This document shows positions 20,617 through 29,412 of a stretch of 64,000 nucleotides of DNA, one piece after another. The position numbers and the translations under genes were made by a program. The notes below the pieces were generated by a model. That model saw only the letters and a program-made list of their open reading frames with translations. It ran no database searches and was not told the DNA's origin. How positions within the stretch are numbered: position 1 is the stretch's first letter; each line of letters opens with the position of its first letter. The stretch covers positions 76,782-140,781 of the forward strand of contig JBAYGI010000003.1 of assembly GCA_041666745.1 (NCBI GenBank), read 5' to 3'. The stretch is from Candidatus Magasanikiibacteriota bacterium. GTDB lineage: Bacteria; Patescibacteriota; Patescibacteriia; Magasanikbacterales; GWA2-37-8.

Positions 20617-20862
20617 TTACCAATCTTTGGTCTTCTCTATTGTTTTCATTTTTATCTTCTGATAAACATCGGTGGCTTTTTCATCAACAACCGGAGACAA
20701 CATTCTGAGTAACTCATGCCCCAGAATCCTGTACTGTTTACCAATTTTATTGGCTCTCAACAGGCCACTCTTGAATAAACGTTTCATGGTGCTGTTGCTT
20801 ATTTTCAACAATTGTTCGACCTCAGCGGTTGTATAAACTTCATTGGGGTTGATTTCGACCAT
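20617..20862 (-). CDS. Small HTH_17 (excisionase/BldC-like) DNA-binding protein
   Basis: YTTAEVEQLLKISNSTMKRL...GLLRANKIGKQYRI. Confidence 0.85.
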   Translation of the reverse strand: MVEINPNEVYTTAEVEQLLKISNSTMKRLFKSGLLRANKIGKQYRILGHELLRMLSPVVDEKATDVYQKIKMKTIEKTKDW

Positions 20863-20889
20863 ATTTTATAGCATAAGATTTCAGTCTTA

Positions 20890-20919
20890 ATTATACTCTT
20901 AGGTGTCATTGGGTGTCAA
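20890..20919 (-). promoter_or_regulatory. sigma70 promoter TTGACA-N18-TATAAT with overlapping TGACACC direct repeats
   Basis: Minus strand TTGACAcccaatgacacctaagagTATAAT, just upstream of the HTH gene. Confidence 0.75.
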
Positions 20920-20921
20920 TA

Positions 20922-23012
20922 TCATTTTTTCTTAGCATTTAAAGCTGCAGCAGGCATAGAAATTTGGGCAAATACACTTTTATCTTGATCAGTCAAAACC
21001 GCATTATTCTTTGTGGCTAAGTCCAAAACTTCTTTCATCTTTTTTTCATCACCAGTCATTTTGTAGGTATAAGCTAACCTCCAATAACTTTCACCTATTC
21101 TAGGATTATCCAGAATGGTCTGTTCTAACATTTTTATCGCCTCAGCTGGTTTGTTTATTTGCAGCTTTATACCAGATAAACTATAAATAATCTGTTGTCT
21201 TTTTGGAGATTTTACTAGAGCATCTTCAAGTACACTTTCAGCTTTAACTAAATATATACTATTATTATTCATGGTCGCCTCCAATTGATACATCTGAGCC
21301 AAAGTCAACTGATTGCGAATATCCAAAGGATGTAATATTAAATTTTTTTCTAAATGATTAGAAACTACCGTTAACAACTCATTTGATTTGTCTTTTCCTA
21401 TTTTTTGCCAACCACTATTTAAAGATTGGACTACCGAACGACCAATATCACTACGAATATCATCAATATGAGGTGAAGTAAATTCTAACGCTTCTTTCGC
21501 TACCGGTAAACCGGCTATAGGGTCAGTCATTAAAGCACGAATGGCATTTAGAGTTTTTTGATTAGCTCGCGCCGGTTGGATATTAAAAATAAAAATCAAC
21601 AAAAAACATAACAACCCACAACTGGTTAAAACTCCATTACCGATTTTTTTATCTAGTGTTTGGGGTGGTACCGTCTGGATTCCCGCTTTCGCGAGAATAG
21701 CAGTGTTTGGATTCCCGCTTTCGCGAGAATGACAAGCTATAGAGCTGATTAATGATAGCCAAAAAAATAAATAAACATAGGAAGTCGGATCTTCAAAAAC
21801 AGTAATTACACCAACAAAATGCGCTGCTATAAAAGCTCCACCAATTATCATAAAATGACAATCGATTGTTTTTTTACGATAAGATGATATCAACCCAATA
21901 ATCGCTACTGCAAAGACACCCAGATAAACCAACAATCCAAAAGCACCCTGAACAGCCATAGTATTTACCACAATATTGTGAGCGTTATCAAACCAAGTTT
22001 CACCATAACCAAAATCCAACGATTTTGGATTATAATGCTCATTAAAAGCGTAGAAATAATTATTTGGCCCCCAACCAAAAATTGGTTTTTCTTTCCAGCT
22101 TTCTATGGCAATTTGCCAAGCGACCCATCTAGGACTTGCCTGTACATCACCAAGAGATGTATTGACCGCTCGACCAACTGCTGGGATATTTTTTACAAAA
22201 GATGTTTGTTTAAAAGCATAGAGCAGAGAAATAGCTACTATTCCTAATATGGTTACAGCCAATAAGCTATAACGTATTTTAGGATATTTTTTTAACACCA
22301 CAATATACCCTATCAGTGCAAAAGCCATTCCAGCCACTAAACCCAACATCGTGCCTCGATTGGCACTCCAAAACATCCCCATAAAACCAAAAAAACCCAC
22401 CGCACCGTAAAACCATTTCCACAAAGTATTTTTTTCACGAGTAAATAACAATATTGACAAAAACATCAAAAACAATCCGTAACCACCAACATAAATTGGG
22501 TTTCCTAATGTACTACTCACACGCGTTGATCCCTGATTCAGCAATAGATCAGGCATCTGAGTTTGTAGCCAAGCAATAAACATCACCAAAAATCCACCAA
22601 CTAAAAATATTCTACCGGCCCATTTCCAATCCTTCCAATCTTTTAAAACACCGGCACATACGAAATAAAACGAAACATAATGCAACAGAGTAAACAACCC
22701 CAACATGCGTTCATGATTATCCCAAAAACTATGGTAAACATCAGTACCAACAAAAGTAGACACTGCAAAACTTAATAAAAATAAAAATACCGCAATATTT
22801 AAATAATTAAATTTTGGTTTGTATTGTTGCCAATTAATAGCTAACAACAACACATATAGTACTACTATAATTTCCACCAACGAACGAAAGAAAATAATCT
22901 TTGGGACGATAAACGGAAAAATATATGAACTCGGAAACACTAATAGGGGCACGAAAAATACTGCGTAAATAAGCCATTTTATCACCTGTTCGATTTTTTG
23001 TTTCATAAACAT
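20922..23012 (-). CDS. O-antigen ligase / O-oligosaccharyltransferase-like membrane protein with C-terminal TPR-like region
   Basis: STLGNP, SANRG, R...W...KPIFGWG, DNAHN Wzy_C motifs; helical TPR-like C-terminus. Confidence 0.85.
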   Translation of the reverse strand: MFMKQKIEQVIKWLIYAVFFVPLLVFPSSYIFPFIVPKIIFFRSLVEIIVVLYVLLLAINWQQYKPKFNYLNIAVFLFLLSFAVSTFVGTDVYHSFWDNHERMLGLFTLLHYVSFYFVCAGVLKDWKDWKWAGRIFLVGGFLVMFIAWLQTQMPDLLLNQGSTRVSSTLGNPIYVGGYGLFLMFLSILLFTREKNTLWKWFYGAVGFFGFMGMFWSANRGTMLGLVAGMAFALIGYIVVLKKYPKIRYSLLAVTILGIVAISLLYAFKQTSFVKNIPAVGRAVNTSLGDVQASPRWVAWQIAIESWKEKPIFGWGPNNYFYAFNEHYNPKSLDFGYGETWFDNAHNIVVNTMAVQGAFGLLVYLGVFAVAIIGLISSYRKKTIDCHFMIIGGAFIAAHFVGVITVFEDPTSYVYLFFWLSLISSIACHSRESGNPNTAILAKAGIQTVPPQTLDKKIGNGVLTSCGLLCFLLIFIFNIQPARANQKTLNAIRALMTDPIAGLPVAKEALEFTSPHIDDIRSDIGRSVVQSLNSGWQKIGKDKSNELLTVVSNHLEKNLILHPLDIRNQLTLAQMYQLEATMNNNSIYLVKAESVLEDALVKSPKRQQIIYSLSGIKLQINKPAEAIKMLEQTILDNPRIGESYWRLAYTYKMTGDEKKMKEVLDLATKNNAVLTDQDKSVFAQISMPAAALNAKKK
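21676..21734. repeat. Tandem REP-like palindrome (TGGATTCCCGCTTTCGCGAGAATrrCA x2) inside a CDS
   Basis: Copies at 21676-21702 and 21708-21734; related intergenic copy at 45828-45854. Confidence 0.85.
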
Positions 23013-23045
23013 AATTTATAATAAAATAAAATTTTATACTTATAA

Positions 23046-23074
23046 ATTATACTATCTTCATCCAAAAAGGTCAA
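23046..23074 (-). promoter_or_regulatory. sigma70 promoter of ligase gene
   Basis: TTGACC-N17-TATAAT on minus strand. Confidence 0.7.
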
Positions 23075-23079
23075 TAAAC

Positions 23080-23114
23080 AAATACAAAAACCCACCCCCT
23101 GAGAGGGTGGGTTT
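23080..23114 (-). terminator. Intrinsic terminator after S-layer-like gene
   Basis: AAACCCACCC/GGGTGGGTTT stem followed by a T-rich tail on minus strand. Confidence 0.8.
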
Positions 23115-23154
23115 AAGTTTGCGATTTTTAGTCGCGACAATTCTTAACTAAAGA

Positions 23155-26100
23155 TTAGTTAGCAATTGTTACACCAGTAACTGTGGTGACACCAGGGATA
23201 CGTAGAGCATATTTAGGAGTAGCACTATTACTACCACTATCTGTACCATCTGCGTCTGTCCATGTGACAGCAGCACCAGCAGCATCGTTTGATTCTGAAG
23301 TGCCGTCCAATCCAACCATACTAACAGTAACTGCAGAATCACCAGCGATAGTAGCAGTAAAGGTTGGAACAACTTTTACTAAGAAGTATGCGGTAACTGC
23401 ATTACTAGAATTTGGAGTAATCTTATAGTCTGTTCCATATAAACTACCAAAGGTCATATAACCTGGGGTACCTGGAGTATATGCAGAAGTACTGGTAGCG
23501 ACCGCGGAACCACCAATTCTTTCTAGTGTAGCGGTTAAGTCAGTAATCCTTGAACTGGTTGCAACTTGAAACTTCATGTTACTGATCGCAAACTTAAGCG
23601 CAGAACCGTCAGAATTTGTATTACCAGTTGCTGGTAATGTAATTGCAACGATAGCAGCGTTTGTACTTTGACCACTATACAATTTGGTAGCAAGAGCGGT
23701 AGAACCGTAAGAAGTTGGTAGCGACACAGAACCAATCTTAGTGGCAACTATACCAGCAACCTTAGAAACAGCTGTTTGATTTACAGTACCTACTTCATAG
23801 CCAATAGTACCAGCATCATTGCTTGTGCCATAAACTAGAGTATAACCAGAGCTTATACCTTCAGCTGTAGCAGCAGCAGCTCTCCAAGTAGCAGTCTTAT
23901 TCAACAAACCAGCCTTATCTTGACCGATTGGTAAATAATTTACTTTCAATGTGTAATATTTTTGACCAGAAACTGTGAAATCTTGATCCAATGTAGATGT
24001 AGTAGCACCAACTTGAGTAGTATAAGCTACTTCAGTGTCACCGTCATACAATGAAACGCGAGAAACAGATCCGGACATATCAGCACTTGAAACAATTTTT
24101 AACTGAGTTACTTTGACATCTTCGTTACCAGCTTTAAATTTAAAGGTAGCAACTGGAACGCCATTTGTACCAGCCAAATTGTATGTATCGTATTTGGTAG
24201 CATCAATAGTGTTATCTACTGCGATATCCAAATATCCGTAACCACGAATGGTCACTGTGCGAGCAGAAGTGAAAGCACTAGTAACAACAACGCCATTTGA
24301 ATCACCATCGATAGCAGTATCGTACACAGCTGTACTCTTTAGAGTTTCTTCAGCTCCATAATTACTTAGTTCCCATTGCATGGATTTATTATTCTGATTT
24401 ACATCATTTACAAGAGAAGTAACTAACTTATAGCTAGCTGTTTGATCAGCTTTAATCAATTCACTCAAATCGTTAAAGGAAATCTTGTAAGTTGCCAAAT
24501 CATTTGCAGAAACAGTCTTTATTAGGTCAGTGCCTTTATAAAGTTTGAACTGAGAAACAACAGATTTAGTAGATGTGGACAGAGCATCACGGAATTCCAA
24601 AGATGTTACTTTCACATCAGAAGCAGTACTAGCTTTGATGTTGAAGTTCAATACTTCCACATCTTGAGTACCTACAACAGCGTTGTAAGCAGCTGATAAA
24701 GCATTCTTGGAGAAAGACAATGAAGAAGTTTCAACAGAAACTTTGTTCAAAGATACAGAGTTTGGAGTGATGTCTGTAACCGTTGTGTCGTTACCAGTCT
24801 CTTTCAAGACCATATCGCCACCGGCGGCATCAGCTATAGAAACAGTGTAATCGCCAGTAGTAGCTGTGGATTTGGTGTCGCAGCGAACTACAAATTCATA
24901 TGTAGTACCACTGGTCAATACCAAGCCCATGCTTGCATTCTTGTAAACACCATTACCGGTAGATGATGTGAGATCATATACAGTATTGGTATTTTTTAGA
25001 TATACTTGGAAGTTCTCAATTTGAGAACCAGCAGGATCGTTTGTTGAAGCAACAGTCAATTTCAAAGTAGAAAGTTCAGTAGTTTTACCACTGTTTACAG
25101 TAATTTTGAAAGTACCTAATTCAACATTAGTTTGACTTTTGTTCAATTTAGTAACAGTAGCATTTACTTTTACGATAGATACTGCACCAGCAAGGATTCG
25201 TAATGTATCACCTGTAAATGTACCGGCCATTTTAACTGGGAATTTGTAATAATTTCCAGTTGCAACTAAGTCGGCGTTGTTATCAAGTATCAAGTTTAAG
25301 TCCTTGCCAGCACCGGAAACAGCGTCAGCTTTCACTGTGAAACTCTTTGTAGCATTCTTCACGATTGTTACAGGAGTAGTCAGGTTGAAAGTAACGTAAC
25401 GATTTGTCATAGCAGCTGCGGTAGCTACTACAGCGCCATCAACAGACAATGTATAATTTACATAATCTGTATCAGCAATAGTACTATTTGTACTATCCTT
25501 TTTCAACATGATGGAGTTGAGAGTTACGTCTTCGTAGTTATTGTTAGCTAATTTCAGTTTAGCAACAGTTCCTTGAACATCACCAAGTTTAACATCGGCC
25601 AAAGTGCCGTTGGTAGAAATGGTAAGAGTAGCTGTGTTTACAGTAGAACCTGTTTGTTCATTACCAACGATTGGGAAAGAACCACCAACAGATACATTTG
25701 CAGTGACATCAGCAGCAGCATTCAAAGACAATGCATAGTGACTTACCATAGCATCAAGAATAGTAGCTTTTACTACTACAGTCTCTGTTGTACCTTTCTT
25801 AACTACCAAAGGAGTAGTGAAGTTGATCTGAGCAACTTTGTTTGAATCTACATCACGAGATGTGCCGTAGCGTACACCTTTGTTCAAGATGGTAACAGCA
25901 TCAATATCAGTATAAGTACCCAAACCGGCAGCGCTCAATTTGATACCGGTAACATTGACATCATTGTCGTTACTAGCAGCCAAATTTAGAATCAAAAATT
26001 CTACAGATGTGTTATTTGGTACATTTCTAGCAACTGGAGTAGTCGCAGCCAAAGAAACAGTCAAAGCGCCTGCAACAATAGCTGGTCCAGTTGTAGTTAC

Positions 26101-26874
26101 TACCGGGCCCGCAGCACCCTGTGTGCGATCAACCAAAGTAGCTACAGCAGCTTCAACCTTAGTACCAACGGTATAACCGGTAGTAGCGGCCAAAGTCTGA
26201 GCAAACTTAGTTTGGAAGCGATTTGCTGTCAAACCAGTAGCTGTTACTTCTTGTAAAGCTTTGTTTGCACCTACTACATAGTAAGTAGTACCAACTTTTA
26301 CCAAAGCGCCTTCCAAAGGTTCATTTACAGTCACTTTGGCAGGAACGGTAGTTGGTTGTAATTGGGAATAGAAAGTCCAAGATGGATCATCCATAGTAAT
26401 GGTGAAACCACCTTTGGCTGGCATCTTGGCATAGTTTGCACCATATAGAGCTTTGGCAACTTCAGCAGAAACTTCTACTAATTTGTTGCCTGGCAATACG
26501 GCGTATACATTGTCAGTAGCCTGTTGTTTTACCAAGTAAGTACCTGGGCGAGGTAAAATGGCAGTAGCAGACTTCAAAGAAGTCATACAAGCTTGATTGA
26601 TAGTCTTGTATGAATATTTGTTGTCGCCAGTCCATGATTTGAAGATATCACCTTGTGGGAAGTAAGATTTTGTCTTGTCAGCATTTACAGCATAGATTAC
26701 TGGGGAAACAGTAGTCTTCACCAAATCTCCAGCAACCAAAGTGGCGCAATCAGTCTCAGTAGCAGCATTAGCTACGGCTGGTACCAATGCGGCAACACCT
26801 AGGGACCAGAAGATAGTAGTGGCTACAACGCCAACGGTAAAAATCTTCTTACCTAATTTTAATAAATTGTTCAT
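23155..26874 (-). CDS. Large secreted S-layer-like protein, Thr/Ala/Val-rich with tandem beta-sandwich modules
   Basis: Signal peptide (..AALVPAVANA), GDLVK/GALVK N-terminal repeats, strongly biased GCT/ACT/GTT codons suggesting high expression; S-layer role is inferred. Confidence 0.65.
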   Translation of the reverse strand: MNNLLKLGKKIFTVGVVATTIFWSLGVAALVPAVANAATETDCATLVAGDLVKTTVSPVIYAVNADKTKSYFPQGDIFKSWTGDNKYSYKTINQACMTSLKSATAILPRPGTYLVKQQATDNVYAVLPGNKLVEVSAEVAKALYGANYAKMPAKGGFTITMDDPSWTFYSQLQPTTVPAKVTVNEPLEGALVKVGTTYYVVGANKALQEVTATGLTANRFQTKFAQTLAATTGYTVGTKVEAAVATLVDRTQGAAGPVVTTTGPAIVAGALTVSLAATTPVARNVPNNTSVEFLILNLAASNDNDVNVTGIKLSAAGLGTYTDIDAVTILNKGVRYGTSRDVDSNKVAQINFTTPLVVKKGTTETVVVKATILDAMVSHYALSLNAAADVTANVSVGGSFPIVGNEQTGSTVNTATLTISTNGTLADVKLGDVQGTVAKLKLANNNYEDVTLNSIMLKKDSTNSTIADTDYVNYTLSVDGAVVATAAAMTNRYVTFNLTTPVTIVKNATKSFTVKADAVSGAGKDLNLILDNNADLVATGNYYKFPVKMAGTFTGDTLRILAGAVSIVKVNATVTKLNKSQTNVELGTFKITVNSGKTTELSTLKLTVASTNDPAGSQIENFQVYLKNTNTVYDLTSSTGNGVYKNASMGLVLTSGTTYEFVVRCDTKSTATTGDYTVSIADAAGGDMVLKETGNDTTVTDITPNSVSLNKVSVETSSLSFSKNALSAAYNAVVGTQDVEVLNFNIKASTASDVKVTSLEFRDALSTSTKSVVSQFKLYKGTDLIKTVSANDLATYKISFNDLSELIKADQTASYKLVTSLVNDVNQNNKSMQWELSNYGAEETLKSTAVYDTAIDGDSNGVVVTSAFTSARTVTIRGYGYLDIAVDNTIDATKYDTYNLAGTNGVPVATFKFKAGNEDVKVTQLKIVSSADMSGSVSRVSLYDGDTEVAYTTQVGATTSTLDQDFTVSGQKYYTLKVNYLPIGQDKAGLLNKTATWRAAAATAEGISSGYTLVYGTSNDAGTIGYEVGTVNQTAVSKVAGIVATKIGSVSLPTSYGSTALATKLYSGQSTNAAIVAITLPATGNTNSDGSALKFAISNMKFQVATSSRITDLTATLERIGGSAVATSTSAYTPGTPGYMTFGSLYGTDYKITPNSSNAVTAYFLVKVVPTFTATIAGDSAVTVSMVGLDGTSESNDAAGAAVTWTDADGTDSGSNSATPKYALRIPGVTTVTGVTIAN

Positions 26875-27108
26875 AGTTATAGTTAATATATCTCATTGTT
26901 TTGCGCGCGTCATATAAATACAACGGTCAAACGCAATGAAATTTGTATTCCGACTCATCTACCGAAAGGCAAATTGAATCGAAATACGTACAAAAGTTTT
27001 GCAAGTTCATATTGAACCCTCGACCTAAGGCAAAACTGTATTTAATTTTTTCTCTCTCCGGGAATAATAACGTCACTAGGCGACACAATCATTCCCCGAA
27101 AAAGAAAC

Positions 27109-28434
27109 TTATTTTATTTTTGGTTTAATATCTGAAACATTTGGAACTATCACTTTCAAAGCAGGCACTGTGGTGGATGTGGCCGGAACTATAATTACTT
27201 TGATATCTTTTACATCTACAGCGTCTTTTTTGAGATCAGTAGCCGCAATAATTGGAGCTACCGGCACCAACTTTTGAACATCGTTTACCATTTGATCAGA
27301 AATTTTTTCTGCTTCTTTGGTGGCGGTGTTGGCCTCTTTTACTTTTTCCATTACTTTTGTGAGGTCGCCTTTGCTGAGTGCATCTACCGCTTCAGTGACT
27401 TTCTTGTCTACATTATCTGTCACGGTTTTGTTTTGCGCGGCGGCATCATTGGTAACACTGGCCACTTCGGAAATTTTCAAATTGAGAGCAACAGTCGAGG
27501 TAGCGCTAGTCGCCGGTTTGGTGGCCAAATCTTTGGCTTCGATTTTGGCGGCAGTGACTACTGCTTGAACACCCGCTACGCTTTGTTTGGACTGTTGCGC
27601 GTCTGTGGTAGCTGATTGGAGAGTATTGTTGATCTCTTGTTTCACTTCTTCTACCGATACTGTCTTATCCCCTTCCAGATGTTTGGTAACAATCACTTCT
27701 ACCGCTTTTACCGAAACATCCTTGGCCAAATCCTTGGCTTCATTGATAGCGATAGCATTTTCTTTGGTGGAGCTGGTGTCATTGATATTGGAAGTGGTGA
27801 GCAATGTCGCCTTTACTTCTTCTAGGGTATTTTTTACCTGTTCAGTGTCTTGTTTGACATCTTTTACTACATCAGCTGATACCGCATTGTTTGCCGATGC
27901 AATTTTTATTTCTTCCAAATTTTGGTTAACATTGGCTATTTCATTTTTTAAATCTTGGATGGATTCTTTTACTTTTTCTTGTTTTTGAGGATCTTTGCTG
28001 GCTACCAATTGTTTGGTTTCCGAAGCGCGACGTTTGGCAAATTCAGAATGTAAAATGGTTTCACTTTTTTTCGATCCGATCATACCGGCGACAGTCACCT
28101 GAGTTTTTTCACTGGCGCGTTTGGCTGGATACAAAAAGTCACCTGGCAAAGCATTGTAGGAGGCGTCCACACTGGCTACCCAACCGCTAGTCGCTACTAT
28201 AGATACTACCAATAGGACAGCAATCGGACGAACTACATTGAATACCAAAGCGCGTGGCACAAACAATGACATGGTGTTCCAGATGCTATCGAAGTTTAAT
28301 TTTTGGACTTCCGGAGTAACGGTGTTTTTTATTTGGGATAGCAAAAGCGCGCGGTTGTTTTCCAACCACTCTTGTCGAGGTTTCACTTCCCCGTGCTTGA
28401 GCTGTTTAAGTTTTGCAATTAAATCTTGCGACAT
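27109..28434 (-). CDS. Putative anti-sigma factor, DUF5667-like
   Basis: N-terminal cytoplasmic domain, one TM, ALPGDFLYPAKRASE motif, helical exterior; directly downstream of ECF sigma. Confidence 0.75.
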   Translation of the reverse strand: MSQDLIAKLKQLKHGEVKPRQEWLENNRALLLSQIKNTVTPEVQKLNFDSIWNTMSLFVPRALVFNVVRPIAVLLVVSIVATSGWVASVDASYNALPGDFLYPAKRASEKTQVTVAGMIGSKKSETILHSEFAKRRASETKQLVASKDPQKQEKVKESIQDLKNEIANVNQNLEEIKIASANNAVSADVVKDVKQDTEQVKNTLEEVKATLLTTSNINDTSSTKENAIAINEAKDLAKDVSVKAVEVIVTKHLEGDKTVSVEEVKQEINNTLQSATTDAQQSKQSVAGVQAVVTAAKIEAKDLATKPATSATSTVALNLKISEVASVTNDAAAQNKTVTDNVDKKVTEAVDALSKGDLTKVMEKVKEANTATKEAEKISDQMVNDVQKLVPVAPIIAATDLKKDAVDVKDIKVIIVPATSTTVPALKVIVPNVSDIKPKIK

Positions 28435-28439
28435 ATAAC

Positions 28440-28997
28440 TTAACTTTTTCCCAATATTTCTTTTAATTTTTTTAACGCGCGATGCAATGTAACTCGAACC
28501 GCGATCTGTCCTTTGCCGGTGATCTCGGCGATCTCTTTGATCTCGAGCTCATCAACATATTTTAATGTCAGAACTTCCTGATATTCTTGTTTCAATTTTT
28601 TGATCGTTTGAATGATTTTTTCGGTTTCCATTTTATCACCAAGTTGTCCGTACCATTTTCCACTGTCACTCACTTCGGTATCTTCATATATAGGTACTTC
28701 ATTTTTGGTTGTGCGCGCTCGATAAAAATCTATAATACTGTTACGCGCGATGCGATAAAGTAAACCGCTAAAACTTTTTACTTCTGACGCGGAGTCTGTA
28801 CCGCCTATCAGATATTGCCAAACTTTGAGAAATACTTCCGATGTTACATCTTCGGCATTTTCGTGACTGCCAACCTTAAAAAAAACGAACCGATAAATTC
28901 GTTTAACATATAGATCGTAAAGTTCAGCGTAGGCATCCGTATCTTTCTTTGTATAGATCTTGTAGAGAAGAATCTTCTCTTTAATAACGTTTGACAT
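28440..28997 (-). CDS. ECF RNA polymerase sigma factor
   Basis: AEDVTSEVFLKVW, LYRIARNSIIDFYR, EIAEITGK...VRVTLHRALKKLK. Confidence 0.95.
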   Translation of the reverse strand: MSNVIKEKILLYKIYTKKDTDAYAELYDLYVKRIYRFVFFKVGSHENAEDVTSEVFLKVWQYLIGGTDSASEVKSFSGLLYRIARNSIIDFYRARTTKNEVPIYEDTEVSDSGKWYGQLGDKMETEKIIQTIKKLKQEYQEVLTLKYVDELEIKEIAEITGKGQIAVRVTLHRALKKLKEILGKS

Positions 28998-29004
28998 TAT
29001 AGAA

Positions 29005-29030
29005 GACGAGAGAAAGTTAAAAGTGTTACA
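29005..29030 (-). promoter_or_regulatory. ECF-type promoter TGTAAC-N16-CGTC, probably autoregulatory and near-leaderless
   Basis: Minus strand TGTAACacttttaactttctctCGTCttctataATG; resembles Bacillus SigX/SigM/SigW consensus. Confidence 0.7.
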
Positions 29031-29074
29031 CTTACCTATCGATGTAGTCTAGCCTGCCAAAAGTGATAATGCAT

Positions 29075-29103
29075 ATGATAGCAAAAAAGGGGGCGGTGGT
29101 CAA
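29075..29103 (-). promoter_or_regulatory. sigma70 promoter upstream of ECF sigma gene
   Basis: TTGACC-N17-TATCAT with extended TG. Confidence 0.65.
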
Positions 29104-29260
29104 ATATTACTTTTTCAAACTTTGAAACGCTTCGTATAATTTGTGACTCGTTTTGCTCTGGCTCTGAACTCGCCTGAGGGCTCAAACAGCAGAGCCAGCG
29201 ACGCAAAATTCGTCTACAAATTATTACTCAGCTTTTTCAATGTTTTCAAAAATAATATTT
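29102..29260. repeat. Long imperfect hairpin repeat, family B copy 1
   Basis: AATTTGTGACTC..GCTCTGGCTCTGAACTCG..CTCAAACAGCAGAGCCAGC..GTCTACAAATT; homologous to 41805-41981. Confidence 0.8.
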
Positions 29261-29264
29261 ATTA

Positions 29265-29408
29265 TTTGTATAGACTAGTGTATACAAACTTCGGGTAATT
29301 GACCATCTAGCCGATAGGTCAGAATAGCAGAAAATTGACTTGTGGTCAATAGATGGGCTTGACAAAACTCCAAAAATCTGGTAGTTTGTATACACTAGTC
29401 TATACAAA
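29265..29408. promoter_or_regulatory. Perfect 26-bp inverted repeat pair flanking back-to-back sigma70 promoters
   Basis: 29265-29290 is the exact reverse complement of 29383-29408; TTGACC-N17-TATTCT (-, 29321-29349) and TTGACA-N17-TAGTTT (+, 29359-29387). Confidence 0.75.
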
Positions 29409-29412
29409 CTTT

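Noticed and set aside
21676-21734. CRISPR array
   Set aside because: Only two units with a 5-nt spacer, inside a CDS, no cas genes
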